DNA of 63,091 bases, filler included, from Platydemus manokwari (GCA_037951405.1; 6 parts of 6 records of this genome joined end to end with filler, not necessarily neighbours in it), one strand, 5' to 3'. Shown: positions 39,859 through 55,100, numbered from the whole stretch's first letter. Numbers and translations are program-made. Notes: generated from the letters alone by a model not told the origin.

Positions 39859-42800
39859 TGATGCTATAGTTTGCTTTGATTTTGTTGAATTATCGTTTAT
39901 TTCTGAAGAAGTTAATAATTTTAAAATAACAACATCGGTTTCTATTTGGTTGATTATTAAAGATTTGAGAATCAACTCTTTTTGATTTGAGAAAGATTCT
40001 TGCCAGACCATTGGAAATTAAAATATATAGAAATTACTAAAAATATAGTACATGTATTCATTTTGTCATTTTTATCATTTAATTTAAGTTGTGAAGTCCA
40101 AAAATACTTTGAGCCAACAGATTTCAAAATTGTTTGTCTGTCTATTTATTGTCTACATCTATTTATCAACATCTATTTTAATTTTTGTTTTGTGACAGTT
40201 CATTTTGATTGACACACAGAAAATTAGCCATTTCAGATGAACAACAAAATCAATATATTTTCTAATGATAATATTTTGTTCTTTATTTCGTATGAGTTAA
40301 TTTTACTAGTAACTTTCCAACTTAAAAACTTATTTTAAGATCCAATTTTTATCAATATGAGCTCTCCAATGGATTATCAACCGGTTTCTGTTTGTATCAC
40401 AGATTCGATTTTTATTTAGATTTATTTAGATTCATCGAATCAGGTTTTTTGGTTATTTGGCTGTCATGGATTCAGTCTTGGAATTGCGAAGCTGCAGTAG
40501 ATTATTTTATTTATTTTAAAATTTTAAAGATGTTAATATAATTTTAAAATGTTTTATAAAAGTTTTCTTTTTGGTTGAATTTATATTTAGCATTTTCATT
40601 AACAGTCTTGTAACTGAATTTAATTTTGAAAGCAAAATATGTTTCGCCTATAAATTGACAAAAGCAGTTAATTTATTATTTTTAATGCGGTAACCCTTTT
40701 ATTTTTAATTTTAATCAAATTAAATTAACTCTTTTAATTGAAGGAAAACATTTTTCCTTATATGTGCTTAATGTTTCAAATAATGTTACTTTTCCCGCAG
40801 TAATTTTTATAATATGACATTCTATCTCATATAGAAATTGTAAATTCTTTTAAATATATTGCTACGACTTTATATTTTAAACTTCACCAGTTTTGATCAA
40901 TTTTTTGTAAACTTAATTGGTTTCACTAATTATAGATGTATTAAACTAAAAATTACATATGAAAAGCTGGTCAAAATAAAGATTTTACAAAATTAACGAC
41001 CATAAAACTTTTACTAGATTCCTTTTGATACAACAAACGCATAAGAATGAGACTGCCATATCGTTATCAGAAATATTAATCCTCTACTCATGTACCAAAT
41101 AATCACAGGGCTAGTTATAGATCAGTTATAAAATATTGGCTGAACTACTTTGATAAGGTTCGTGTCTTTCTATCATGGATAGGTCTTTACTTCGTTGAGA
41201 GATCAGTAAGATCGAGTTTAACATGATCGATTATCTTAAAAATAAAAATTCCACTCATAAGCTATTGTTGAGGATTGGTGTAAGAAGTGCAGTAACTTAA
41301 TATTTTGCATGAAAGCCGTGTCCACATTTGTGTTGGTTGGGCATCAAAGAGACTTTTTCGGACTTTCTCGATTGGCCAGTTTGGATTACAATTACACGTG
41401 CGATGTAACAGCCATTTAAGCTGATACATTCTATATTTTTAGATGAAAATGAAATTATTGTCAAGGATATGCATCCACATCCACACAACTACTAATAGAT
41501 GTTATAAAGGAGTTGCGGGTTTACGAGATACTTTTCTATTTCGTTCTTTAAGAATTTATATAATAAAACTAATTCTAGGTGAACTGGAATCAGATTAGAA
41601 TGTACTTTGTTCCAATATAGATATGTAATAGTCAATTCAAAGAATGTGAATTTTTTATAAATTATTTTAAAATAAATTATAATCTTACGAAGGTTAATGA
41701 TCAAGGAATCATAACGTGGCAATCAGTAGACAACCTGGTAATGATTGTAGGCAGACACTATGTTTTCTTTTAAAAGTTACTAGTACACTTGGTTACTGAA
41801 GCAAGTGATTCAACTACTTTCTGTCTCTCCGCTTTTAAAACTTTGTTAGAATATTTATATAAGATTATTTTCGAAAGCAATTAATTAGATTGCTTCTAGT
41901 AATTTCGAATAATTTCATTTTGTAAGCTTGAATAGAAGATTGCTTTTAGCAATTTCAAAAATTCCAATTAGTAAGTTGGATGCAATTAATATTCAATAAT
42001 ATTCTTATAATATTCTTATCACTAATATAATAATATTCTTATCTCTGTTATTCTTATTTATATTGGATGACTTTTTTTATTATTTATTATGCTTTTCATT
42101 TTTAGTTATATATTTAATTTTTATTTATACGTGTTCTATATTTTAATTTTTGCTATTGCTATAATTAGATTTTAATCTATATCTTTTCTATTTATAACTT
42201 ATTTGATTTGATTTTTGTATTTTAATTATTATAGTTCTATTTTAGGACGAACTTACAATTCAGAGTGATGCATAAAAAATGTACGTGTTAATTTTTATTA
42301 TTATATTTTTTATAAAATTTTATGTATTAATAGTAATAATTATTATTCATAGGATTGTACCCAACAATAACATTTCGTTCATCCAGATCTTCGATAGTGT
42401 CAAGTGACATACAACTTAAATTCAATGACTCCAAATGTGATTATCGCATAATATGTAGTAAAATTCTCAAAGAATATGGGGCCTTTGATGATGACAGTTT
42501 TTATCTCTAAACAAGATGCCTTTAGCGAACATCAAAAGTGTATACATAATCAATGAACTTCTATGAGGACTCTTATTAAATTGTGAATTCAATCTACCTA
42601 GAAGATCCAAGACTTTCTTGTTCTACAGAGAAGGTGACATAATGAATGACTGGAATGTTTTGGTCGATTCCTTCGTTTAATGGGATTGAATGTGGGTGTC
42701 ATCGTTCAATAAGTTCAATTTTATTTGCAGACCCACCGGGTCTGATCATTCTCAATCAGAAGAACTGTACCATCAATTATGGCCTCAAAGTTTCGTATGA

Positions 42801-44796
42801 TGTCCTTAAAACTAAAGAATAATTAGATAAAATTATCATAATAAATATAAAAATCAGGCTGCTTAAATTTACCGGTAAAATCGACGCAACGGTTATCTAA
42901 ATTTGAATGCTATTGATGTTAATAGTTGTGATTTGTTCTTTATAAAATTCAGAATATCTATTATTAGAATGTACAAAGTACATTTAGCATCAGGAGTGTT
43001 TAGTATTCATATTACTCTTTCAACACAAACTCGTCATGTGGCTTAGCTGCCTTTTTCTATAAATATCGACTCAATTATTATTAATAATTTCTTTATTGGG
43101 AATTTAATCCTGACCATATAGTTCAATGTTCACCTTTGTATTGAACTTATGCACCTGTGTATTTCTGTTTTTTAAAACAAACTTTTTAGAAAATAAATTT
43201 TTGAAAACTAAAATATATTAAATGCACTGAGCATTAGTTAACTTGGTGCTTGAATCATATATGATACACAATTTATACTGCTTGAATCACATGTGATTCC
43301 ATTGTAATTATCGTAATAATATAAGTAAAGAATTTAAATTTCATTTTATTGAAATTACAAATAATTTGTTTTTAATAAAATACTTATTTTTGCTTATATT
43401 GATCATAAGTCTAGTAAAATATTATCTTCGTTTTGCTTCCAATTTGAAATATTTTAGAAAAATTTTATTGATTTTGATTATACATGGTGGTCGATAGAAA
43501 AGCGGAAAATTTGGCAAATTGTTATTTATTTTTACAAAGAATAAGTTTCACAACGTCTTTAAAGGCATATGTTATATTACACTCACCGATACTCAAAATG
43601 TTGTCTGTACACATCACAATGAACTTTGAGTGTCAGATGTGATCATGAATAAAATGCGTGCATATCCATTTCTATTTAGATTTGTTTTAGATTCTATTTG
43701 TTACCCGAATCATGAAAGGAAACAGGAAACAGCTTTCAGACTTTCAAAGGCAAGTGATTATTCTTGTCAAAAGTGAATATTCGACTTGGGGATTGACAAA
43801 ATGTAGAGCTGTGTTACCAACTTTTTTTCATCGATTACAAAGCACCAGTTTAATAATGTTGTTGCAACTTTGAAATGAGAAGGACTTGAAATAATTGGTA
43901 ATAATATAATAATATGCAGCTTTAATGCTAATGAGGAATATTATAAATAAAATGATAATATATAAAAGAAATGTAATACTATCAAGTATTTATACCATTT
44001 CGCAAATATTAGTTAATCTATAAACGATATAAAAGAAATAAAATGAAGAAAAACGTAATTTATTTTTTTTTAATATGTAGATGAAAGTAATTGAACACAA
44101 ACACTTTGTGTTTTGAACTTATATGAATTTTGATCTGCTGAACTTATTTTAGCAAATAATAATATGTCAACTTGTTGAGAATTTCAAGAATATGGTAATA
44201 TCAGAGTTTTGATAAAAATACATAATTGTATCACATAATTATATATTATCATTATATCTATAATTGTATTGTTGGGGGTATTTACGAATATCAAACTCTG
44301 ACTCCTCGACAAATCAATATACAAAATACACTGACAAAATCTCAGCAATCGACATGAGCTCAATAACTTCACCAAATATGCCTTCCAACTGGCAGTTGTA
44401 TATCTTTACATTACTTTTTATACTTGCGATCTGTGTGCATCTTTCTGTGTCATGATGTACTACAATTTGATTTGGTGTTTGCCTGTACTCTTATTGGGTA
44501 TTTAGATTTTTACATGAATGTGATTGGTCAATCCATAGATGTGTTCCGTGTAGTTATGCCTTTTTTTCCCGATTGTAATTTGCTAGTTAGCTTCACTGTA
44601 ATTGACCAATTGACATGCCTGTATGGACGTGCAGGTATGCAAATCTTCAAAGTGCCAAAACAAGTATTCCAAGGTGTAATTTCGTTTTTCTTTTTGCAGA
44701 ACTTCATCTCACTCAACAGTATATTATTATCGTATATAATCAAAATTCAAACAATTTGATATGATTTAATTTCCTAAAATGATTATTAATAATATA

Positions 44797-45960
44797 TAGG
44801 GGCTGGCAAAAAAAATTTCGTTTTTATCAGTAAGAAAATATCTGAAGATCAAAGTTAAAATTTTCTAGGTCATTAACAAGACTGAAAAGTTCTAGATTTA
44901 AATTTAAATAAATCGATTAGATTTGGTTATATGATTTATCCTGAAAGATGAAGATAAAACAATGCGACATAAATTTCTTCGTTGAGACTTTAACACGAAA
45001 CAACTTTTCGGCTGCTGAAATCGATCGTTTTTTGTCGAAGGTTGGGAGCAAAGAATGTCATCAGCCTTTGGAGATTATAGTAGATTATCAAAGAGTTTTC
45101 AAGAGAACAGCGAACACTTTTTGAGAGAAAAGAAGATTCAGAAAGACCACAAACAAACACCGTAAAAAAGAATGTCATTATTGTGGTAAAATGATTGAAG
45201 AACATTGCTACTTAACCTATCTAGCCATTTCAAGAGCCACTGACATTAAATAAACGAGTGTTCACCGCATATTTAAACAAGAACTTGGAAAGAAATTACT
45301 TTGCAGCGAATATATTCCTCACATTATGACGAATAATAAGAAGAAAATCAGAGTCACTTGCTGTTAAGAAATGCTGAATGTTTATTCAGCAAGTAAATTT
45401 CATTGTGATCGATGAAAAATGGATTTACCTTCGACACGTACCTCCAAAAGAATGCAACCGTATTTGGGTGGATGGGACAAGTGATCGAGCTACTATTTCT
45501 AGGAAGACAATATCTGATCGCAAAGTTCTGATTATTGTTGCCAGCAACTGCTCGAAATCACTCACGTATTTCCAAATTCGAACAAGACTACTTGCAATGG
45601 TCATTCAGAATGACAATGCCAGACCTCATTCAGCACAGTTAATTAGACTTTGGCTTGAAGAACATCGCGTGTCTCTATTAAAACAGCCGGGCTACTCACT
45701 CGACACAAACATCGTGGATCACTTTATCTTCAGGAACTACGAGTGCTACCGACTTGGAAAAACTTCAATAATTTAGGAGAGGTGAGCAACGTTTTTCGTC
45801 AATATTTGGAGTCAACATGGGAAGCCAAGCTCACAAGCGAGTTTCAAAATTTTACAGGTCATCCCCAGAGTGTCATTGAACCCGATGGAGACAATGTTTA
45901 GGCTTTTCATAAATAAATGTTGTTTGATTATCAATGAGTTTCGATCTGCTGATAGTGAAA
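44797..45960 (+). mobile_element. Decayed mariner (DD34D) element with transposase pseudogene
   Basis: IVIDEKWIY (D1), QNDNARPH (D2), PGYSLDTNIVDH (D3), with exactly 34 residues between D2 and D3. Frameshifted N-terminal HTH region from ~44962; left end TA|TAGGG; right end approximate. Confidence 0.88.
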
Positions 45961-47257
45961 AATGCTTAACGTGATTTTGTTTGCAAAATTGAGCTCATAA
46001 CAATAATATAGACTAATGTTATTCTTTGATTGAAATACTTTTTGCTTTTGGAAACCGTCGAAAATATGAAATAAATTAAAGTAGTTATTCCATTGAAAAT
46101 AAGGTCACAAATTAATCGATTTCTAATAGTAATCAATATATTTTCATTTATTGTCTTTCCCTTTTGCAGTTAAAAAGGATAGTTATGCAGATTTTATTTA
46201 TATTGATTGGCACGAGAGATTAGAATCGATACAGTATTTTTCATATGTACACCTCCAAGTTTTGAATCAAGCATATGCACATCTATTTTGCTGAAGCTGT
46301 GTTGTGGTAAACATACTTCTAAAACGTGGATATTTTAAATATTTTTCATATATTTTTGGATCAAAGTTCGAAATTAAAATAAGATTTAAATTAATTAAGA
46401 TTTCGCTAATTAGCAAAAATTATAACATGTTTTTTCTTTTTTAGTTTTTAATTTTAATGATATTTGAAATTTGTTATTACTGAATCTTTAATGCTTTTTA
46501 TAATTAATTAAATAGTAATTATTTAATTAAACGTTATTTTTTAACGGAAAAGCTTCAAAATATATGGATTTGTTAAGTCACACATGATATTATTTGTAAG
46601 GAAAATATTCTTGCTTCATTGATTAACGATTCATTAAAATAATAAGGAAGCTGGAGTTCGACTTATTCCGGTCTCATCAATACATAATCATTATGTATAT
46701 TTCACCATACATATCATTAATTAACTAGTTTCAGGATTGTAATCACCACTTTGTGTATAACGAATTTTTTCAAAGTAATTGGTTAACAGCTGATCCAGTA
46801 AAAAAAATTGTTATTGTGACATTAAAGTAAGTTTTTTGTTGCAAAAAAAATAATAAATCTCATCATGTTCATATTACGGATTTTTCATAACACACAATTT
46901 AATAAGGATTGTCATTTGTAAAATATCAGCAATAAATTCCACGGATGGTCTTCTTGTCTTGAGTTGTCCATTGTTGTTTTATTTTCAAAAAATAGTATAG
47001 CCAATATAAAACCATAAAATTTTTAAAATTTGCAGTGGTAATTCTAATAATGATCACAGCTGTTTAGGCAATAGTAGAGACATTGTTCTATTCTCTCAGT
47101 ATTGAAAAAAACATTTAAGATCTTGTAAATACTTGTTTAATATTTTATGGATTCCCATACATAACGTATAATGTGCTATGTCAGAAATGGGAGCCACAAA
47201 GTTTAAGCGAAATTGATATAAGTAAGTCATACCATATTTTTACTGTTAGCACATATA

Positions 47258-48130
47258 TTACAATAAAAGTTCATTTATGGATGGTACTGCTTCATGCATT
47301 GATCTTCTCATAGAAACCACTGACGTATCAGTAGAATATTGTGTACTAGGAGCTGTTATAGATTTCGATAATCTTTGATAATTTATTGAATCTATCACAA
47401 CATCAGTATTTTTGGAATGGCAATTGGTCGAGATTTCCTTTTGCGATTCCATATGTTGTTTATCTTTCTCGATTCTTTTCCATTTATATCGATGATTCTG
47501 AAACCAGATTTTCACCTATAAAAAGCTCGTTGGAATTTTATTTAATGAAAAATACAAACGACAATTACTTGATTCGGTGTGAGATTGATTGCTTTTGCAA
47601 GCTCGTCTCGTTCGGATCCATTGAGATATTTTTGATTCTTGAAACGTATTTCCAGTTCATAGACTTGACGTTGAGTAAATAAAACCCGTCTTTTTCGGCG
47701 TTGGCTAAAAAGGAAAAAATTTGTGAAAGAAAAGCATTCGGATTCCGCGGATGGGTTTGGATTGAGTTTATCAAAATTATAGGCATGATTGTCGTAGTTT
47801 GTGTTTGTCATTGGAATGTTGTCGTTTGGGGGAATCCAAGAATTTGTTAGTAACTGTTCGTGATTGATAATAGCTATAGGAATATTTGATTTATCTCATT
47901 TCCAGTAATCTAATCTCACCCGATTGATTGAATTGGTTTTTTATTTGGAATCCGTTATTAACACTGCTGTCCGTTTGTTGATGATATGGATGATAATTAT
48001 TACCAAGTTCATCGGCCGGTAAGCAGCACAGTAAAGATTCAGTACATAAGCGATTTAACTGGCTCGTCGTAGTTTGTACGTTGCAAGCAGGTTGTTGATA
48101 ACCATAATTCAAATCATCCTTTATTTCCAT
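47258..48130 (-). CDS. nkx2.1: NK2-class homeobox transcription factor (NK2.1-like); exons 48130-47920, 47873-47569, 47515-47258
   Basis: Homeodomain [44 protein letters not shown]|[14 protein letters not shown] with the NK2-specific Tyr54 and NK2.1-type QVYELE. In-phase GT-AG introns of 46 and 53 bp. Exact paralog identity and start codon are uncertain. Confidence 0.88.
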
Positions 48131-49132
48131 TTTAATTGTTTTCAAATGAATTGAGAACTTATAATATTCATAGCGGAGCCAATGAAATCAATGCGCAAAA
48201 AACCCGCCAATTATAAACTCAACCATGTTTTATAGTTATAAAAGTAGTTGATGAATTTTCGCAACAAATCTAGTTGCAACAAATCTTTTGTTAGCAAAAC
48301 ATCTGATTTAAATGAGAAAATATATGCATAATATTGTTCATTAGATTGATATTTTCAATCTAGGCTGGTTGGAAAATTGGATTACGATCACTCAGTACTC
48401 TGTTGTTGTATTGGATTAACCATAATCTGGTTTCGAATCTATTATGAAGAATGCAATTAAATAATTAATTCTATGCTCGGATCAAGTTTAAGTAAACTGA
48501 TGAAACGGTGTTTAGTTTGAATAATGTGAGAGTTTTAAATGGAATTATAATTTTAAAGATTTAATTGGGATTTTCTGTTAAAAAAAAATAATAATTTACT
48601 TAAATATAATTTTATCTGTCCTGATTTTTCAGTTCGTTCTCAATGCGTGATTTATTAAATAAATAAATTCATAATTTGAGTTTTACTTTTAAATCTTTAA
48701 ACTGATAAAGACAATTACAAAAACAAATAAAAACGGAAAATGAATCAAACGATGTATTTATCTTAGAAATTTAATAAAAATACTATTAATAACTTTGGAT
48801 AATAATATCAAAAGATAATTGTTCTCAAATTTACCCCAGAAATTACATGTTTGGTGGACAATGATTTCAAACATGATAGAAAGAAAATGTAATTCTTTAT
48901 AATATAATTTGTAATAATTACTATCTAACTCTATAATTATCACCTGACAATATTTTGAACACTGCGTTGAGTGATGACAATCTAATGATATTTCGTTAAT
49001 CAATCCTGACGATCGTTTGAAAAGTAAGTTGAATTATAATTTCACTTTTCTATACATGGTGCCAAATATTCTTGAATTAAAAGATAAGCTTTTTTGAGAT
49101 TTATTAAATAAATTTTGTTGTCTTTGAAATGC

Positions 49133-49340
49133 TATGCATAATCTTTAAACATAAAAAGAAATCTTTTAAAATATATATATAACGAATAATTCAAGAACTT
49201 CCTGGATATTAAGTAGTTATTAAAAATAATTATATGTATGCATAATCTTAAAACATAAAAAGAAATCTTTTGAAATATATATAACGAATAATTCAAGAAT
49301 TTCCTGGATATTAAGTAGTTATTAAAAATAATTATATGTA
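49133..49340. repeat. Tandem duplication, two ~104-bp near-identical units
   Basis: tatgcataatctt..aaacataaaaagaaatctttt...cctggatattaagtagttattaaaaataattatatg starts at 49133 and again at 49237. Confidence 0.92.
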
Positions 49341-52051
49341 CGAATATTAATTAAATTTAATTTTAATTAGTACTGTTATAATATTAAGTGAAAGTCATTC
49401 TTTTCAATGGATTTCCTATGTTCGATTAAACACTGATAAGCTTAAGGTGAATGACATGCCTGACCAGTTTGGATAGGAAGACCTGTCAATTCTCACCTTA
49501 TCAACACATCATTATAGCGGGCCTTTCCGGGCCGCTTGAGAGAAGCAGCAATGTAGAATCTGTTATCATCAATGATTCTATCAAATCTATTGTTCCAAAA
49601 CATTTTTTCGTAATCCACTAAATGGCGAAGTCCTTTGCAATTTTAATCTTGATATAAAGTTAATGAAAATAATTATCTACTCAAATACTCGTTAAAGTTA
49701 ATTCGTGTAGTTATGGAAATTGAACAACTCATTCGACCGGTTTTTAGCAGAAAATGTATAATACTATACACAATTCTAAGCTCAATGTTGTCCTATAAAA
49801 TTGAATTCAACAGCTTTAATATTAAAAATTTATTAACATTTTTCTGTAATCCAATAAAACGATATATATTATAACAGAAGTTCATTTATAGACGGTACTG
49901 CTTTCATTCATTGATGTCTTAATATTATAAATAAAAATTAAATACTGATCGAGTAAATAGAATTTGTAATATCGAATAAGACACAGGATGTTTCAATTCA
50001 TGCTTAATATGATTTCATAAATCGAGATAAACTCGGAACGAATATATTCACGAGACTCAGCCAATGATACCGATATTGAACTGAACTCAATCGATCAACT
50101 TATAGTTTCTTATCGATATCAACTGGAGACACGATCAATTTACCCATCAACTATTACGATATTCTACTCAAGGTGAATGAAAGTTAGACGAGTCAATTAC
50201 TGTGAAACGAAACATTGCATTGTCATATTTTGTAATTAGCTTTTGGTTTACTGACTCAGGAATTATAATGAAATGGCCATAACTCACGAAGGACATCAAG
50301 TACACAACGGTTGTTTCCCAATTTCGTTGCATTACATTATTTATGGACATTTGCATAACATGTTTATTATTAAATTTATTTGCTATTCTTATTCATTTGA
50401 AAAAAAAAATTTATAACTCGGAAAAGTTAATGTTCTGAAAAATTCAAATAATTTTTGGCGGATTTTAGTTTCATGAAACTATTACTCCATTATAAATTTT
50501 TGCAAGTAGATTTGAAATATATTTTGAGATATTTGCTTGTGACAAATAAACAACATTTATCACATGGTCTCCAAAAATAAAAAATTCTAATTGAGATAAA
50601 ATTTCGCTTAAGTATCACACTCATGATTTTGGAATGAAAAATTACAATATTGTTATACAAGATGTTTATAAATAAACGGAAACAATTTTAAAACAAAATG
50701 AAACAATAATGTTTAATCCATTAAAACAAATATTTTAAAGTACAGAATCTATTTACGAACTTTGGCATCCTAAAACATGAAAATATAATGTAAAATAAAA
50801 TATTTCCAATATACCATCCGATGAATTTAAACAAAAAATTTGTGTAATTTTACATAATATTTTTCAGTTATTTATACTAGATGATAATATGAACTTTACA
50901 TAATAATTATAATTAATTATAATATAATTATTATTTATAATTAATTATCTGATGGAGTCATAACCATCAATCACACTCCTAGGTCAATCTGTAATTCATT
51001 ATGAATTGAATTTCTTTAGGTTTTCTTACTCCAACAGGATTTATCCTGATGGCAATAATGTGTTAAAATTTATTGGCTGGAAACTAGGGAATCTGCTTTA
51101 TTTTGATTTGTATTATTGACACCTTTTTGGCAATATCTGAGTTCCAATGATCCACAGGTAATTATGATCCTAATATTATGATGTTCTTTAATCTCGATCA
51201 ACTCTAACCCACGTATAGAGACGCGCTCTAGGCACTGCTTTATTCATTTTTTATTATCTTTCGAACCTCTTAATCTTAATTAAGTCAATTGCACTTTGTC
51301 AAAAGAAAATGGGATAATTTTGGTTATTATATTACTTCCTGAAATAAGATGAGACCTTATGGCACCTGCCAATTGTAATATTACAAAAAACTTTATGATT
51401 TAAATGCACTTTTATTATTACAACAACAATTACAAATATACACTTAATAAAAATTAAATGAATTAGCTTAAAATTGATCAGAATCAGATGTGTCAAGTTT
51501 GCAACTGAACCAAAGCAAGATAGCTAGAAAAAAACCCTCAAAAACTTTGATACATACAAATGCGATAAGTGCCAGTGCCATAGCCAATCAGATGTTTCCA
51601 AAGTACTAATTTTTAAATAGAATTAGATCAACAATTGAAGCACAACAAAAACCAAGATAAACCTGCTAATAAACTAGTACGTAGACTGTTTCAGTGAAAA
51701 GTTAAGACAACAGGCAAACATACACGACAGATACATAAAAAGAGTCTGATTCGGGAAGTAACTACCAGTCTTTAGTTAAAATTGCTTACTAACTGTAAAT
51801 GTCAAAATTATAATTATCAATCATAATATTGCGAGTTAAACAAATCGCCAAAAAATCAAGACCCAAAATTAAATTAACAAAAACAAAGTCAATAATCAAT
51901 TGAAAACAGGATCAGAATTCAAAAGATAAAACAAAAATAGAAAAACCGACCATAAAAAATGGATAAATAGAGTAATCAAGCAAATGAGCAAGATTTACAG
52001 ACAATAAAGGTAAGTATTTATTTTCCAAATATGAATTCTTTTATGGGTCTG

Positions 52052-52151
52052 NNNNNNNNNNNNNNNNNNNNNNNNNNNNNNNNNNNNNNNNNNNNTTAAT
52101 TAATTAANNNNNNNNNNNNNNNNNNNNNNNNNNNNNNNNNNNNNNNNNNNN
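52052..52151. other. Artificial contig linker N44-TTAATTAATTAA-N44
   Basis: Same structure as 9004-9103. Confidence 0.97.
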
Positions 52152-55100
52152 TTTACCTGTATTTTATGTTTTAGTGTTTCGGGTAGGGTCGGATTCCACA
52201 CGCATCATCCTGCAATATTCAGCCATATAAAAATGCTTTATTAGATACTAAAATAATTACTTCAAATTATAATGACCACATAACAGTTCGTACAAATTCA
52301 ATGGGATCTTAAACGTACTAAAATTAAAAAGCCCAAATCAAAGTTACTCAAATAAACAAAACAACTAGCAGTCACAATAGGATCAGTAACTGAAAAATGA
52401 GATCAATGACAGCAATATGCGATCACAAAAATTGGCAGTTCCCCCGATACATGTTATTTCCGTTGAATTGTTTTAGATTGTAGTTAAACTAGACAACATC
52501 ACATTTTACATTCATTTCCAATAACTTCAAAATATGGCACTTGAGACCACGTACGATAGATAGCATAATTAAGGAGCACTCATAAAGGATATGAACAGTA
52601 TTCCAATTTGAAGAAAGGTGTAATAGCGGATAAAGAAGATTAGTATATATTAATGGTTTCCAGGAAGAATGTTTGTACCAAAATAGGAGAATTTCAACTA
52701 GATTTTCCATAAGCAAAGCAGAGTCAGCAGATAAGTTCTCAGCACAATGGTAAACGAAAACGGTGAAGAGCAGGTAGAGGCACTGAACAAGAATTGGAAA
52801 TTTATTGGTCGTACAATTTAAGATCGTCAAATATATTTCCGGCAGCAAAAATGAAAAAATGGCCAAATATAACATTTATGAGTCTAAATCGAAGTGAGGT
52901 GGTTAAATGGCAAGACGGATTTATCAAAATTGTGATTCACACTAGTTTTTGATGATGATATAGGCGATACTCTAAACTATGACAGATTTTAGAATTATAA
53001 CTTTGATGAAATGTACTGTTGTTAAATCTTCTAACAAAATGAGGTTCAATTCTATTGTCCTCATCTCACAAGACTATAATGTCGAGCTTCGTTAATATGA
53101 AGTAACATTTGGTATGATTCAAAATACCTATTATGGTTCAATTCATAAAAGTTGTGAATAGATAGTGCCACCTTGACAAATGAGACAAGGGATAACTTTG
53201 GCTATGTAGAACTACTCAACTGTGCCAGTTTTCATTAAATTAATTGCACAGCATGGGAAGATACTTAAAAGACGAAGAAACGAATTTCAAAAACCTTATT
53301 CTACGGAAAAATTGAAGAGGAAAATATTATAGAGTAAAAGAGCCAAATCCACTAAGTCTTTTCAGTTCATTAAATTGAGTTTAATAACACAAAATCGTGG
53401 AATAATGATGAACGAAAGAGATTAAGAGGGCCTACTTCAAGATTATGCCGCATATTTTCAAATCAGGTACTGCATAAAAACTACAATAAAGAAATATCAG
53501 TGATATTAAAAATGTTAACACGCTTGCATCATGAATTTTGAGAACGGCACTAGACTGAATGAAAAAAAAATTTAAAGAGTGCATATTGAGATACTGTGTT
53601 CTTTTCTAAATATACAAGTTTAATACATCGAATACATTGTTCTTTTTTTTGAAATATTGATTGAAAATAAGCTGTAATCTTTGCGTTGATTTCCGTTTCC
53701 TTTAATTCCATATACATTTATTTTAAAATTATTATGCTTCTAAAATGTTTTAATCTCATCTTAAGGTGTTGAAAATGTTATTCCTTCAAGAATTAATTTA
53801 TCAAAATGCATTATATGATGATAAGGTCTATTTGGGTGTTTTTTCCCAGCAATTGGATATAAATGGGCTAATACAAGAAACATTTGTTGTCACAATTTTC
53901 TACATTTATTATATTATTAGAGACAAAAGGTAAATGCACACAATTACTCCCATATAATTACGGCAATTTATCTTTGACATGTTTATTTTTATAGTACTTA
54001 ATTCAAGTATATTCCTACAACTACCTTTTATTTTTAATCAATCATCATCTAATTTCTGAAGATAAACTTTAGTTACTTCTAATTATTGATCTTCATTAAA
54101 TTAATCAATCCCAATTTTTAATGTTTGATCTCAACTTAATGCTATTATAATATAATCTTTTTCATTTTTATCGTGATTAATATTTTTTAATAGTATTTCA
54201 ACACTTCGTTTAACACAACCTCTCTTTTATTATATTTCGCAATATGATTTTTTAATTTTACATGTACATTTTAACCTCGAATCGTTTTAAATGCTATATC
54301 ACAAAATCATTTTTAAGATTATATTTTACACAGGGTTTTTAATTATTGATTTAAAATGTTTTTTATTCAATATAATATATAAGTAGTTATATGTGTCAGT
54401 CTTTTGACGTTGTTAGCGAGTGAGTATTTGAGGATTACCCTGCCATTTACTGACATAAATAACTACTGACTCAGACGAGTTTGACTATTTTATTAGGATG
54501 GACTTCCTTGAACAATTAAAAATAAAGTATTGGAATTTCGAAGGGGAAATCCAGTAGAATAAGACAAGCAAAATAATACATAAATTAAATGAAGTATTTC
54601 TAAATAACTTTCTTTCTTTCCCACCATTAACAGAATTCGTATTTTACTCGGATACGCTTGAAAACACACTGGATAATAACTGTTTGAGTGCAGCTAACAA
54701 TTTATGCTCAAATGCAAAATATCTGTATGTCATCGATTAGTTAAAGCTGAAGATACACAAAAATCAATCAGATTAGCAAACTTTTAAAACAAATCGATAA
54801 TTTTCGATTCAGATACAAGATTAGGACACCCAAAATTTAGGACAATACGTATTAGATGTGTATTATTGCTTATTATTTTTTATGACTTGACAATTATTTC
54901 TTGGAACGCTTTAGTGAAAGAAAATAAAATTTTGTATATTTATTATCATTATAATTCATAAATATTTAAAATTATAATACCTGAAAACCTCATAAAAATA
55001 CATTAAATTCCCTAAATAATAAATTAATTCATAAAATAACAACTAGAACATTTTTTATCATCTACCTCTTATTATCGAGTTTAATTCAAATATTTTGAAT

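Noticed and set aside
49516-49540. GC-rich hairpin gcgggcctttccgggccgc as a Helitron 3' end or terminator
   Set aside because: No downstream CTRR terminus or U-tract; isolated
52400-53500. 128-aa ORF, or possible LINE reverse-transcriptase C-terminal remnant (also faint LINE-like traces at ~10030-10480 and ~51000-51400)
   Set aside because: Only faint motif echoes; no readable YADD or other diagnostic motif, so not called
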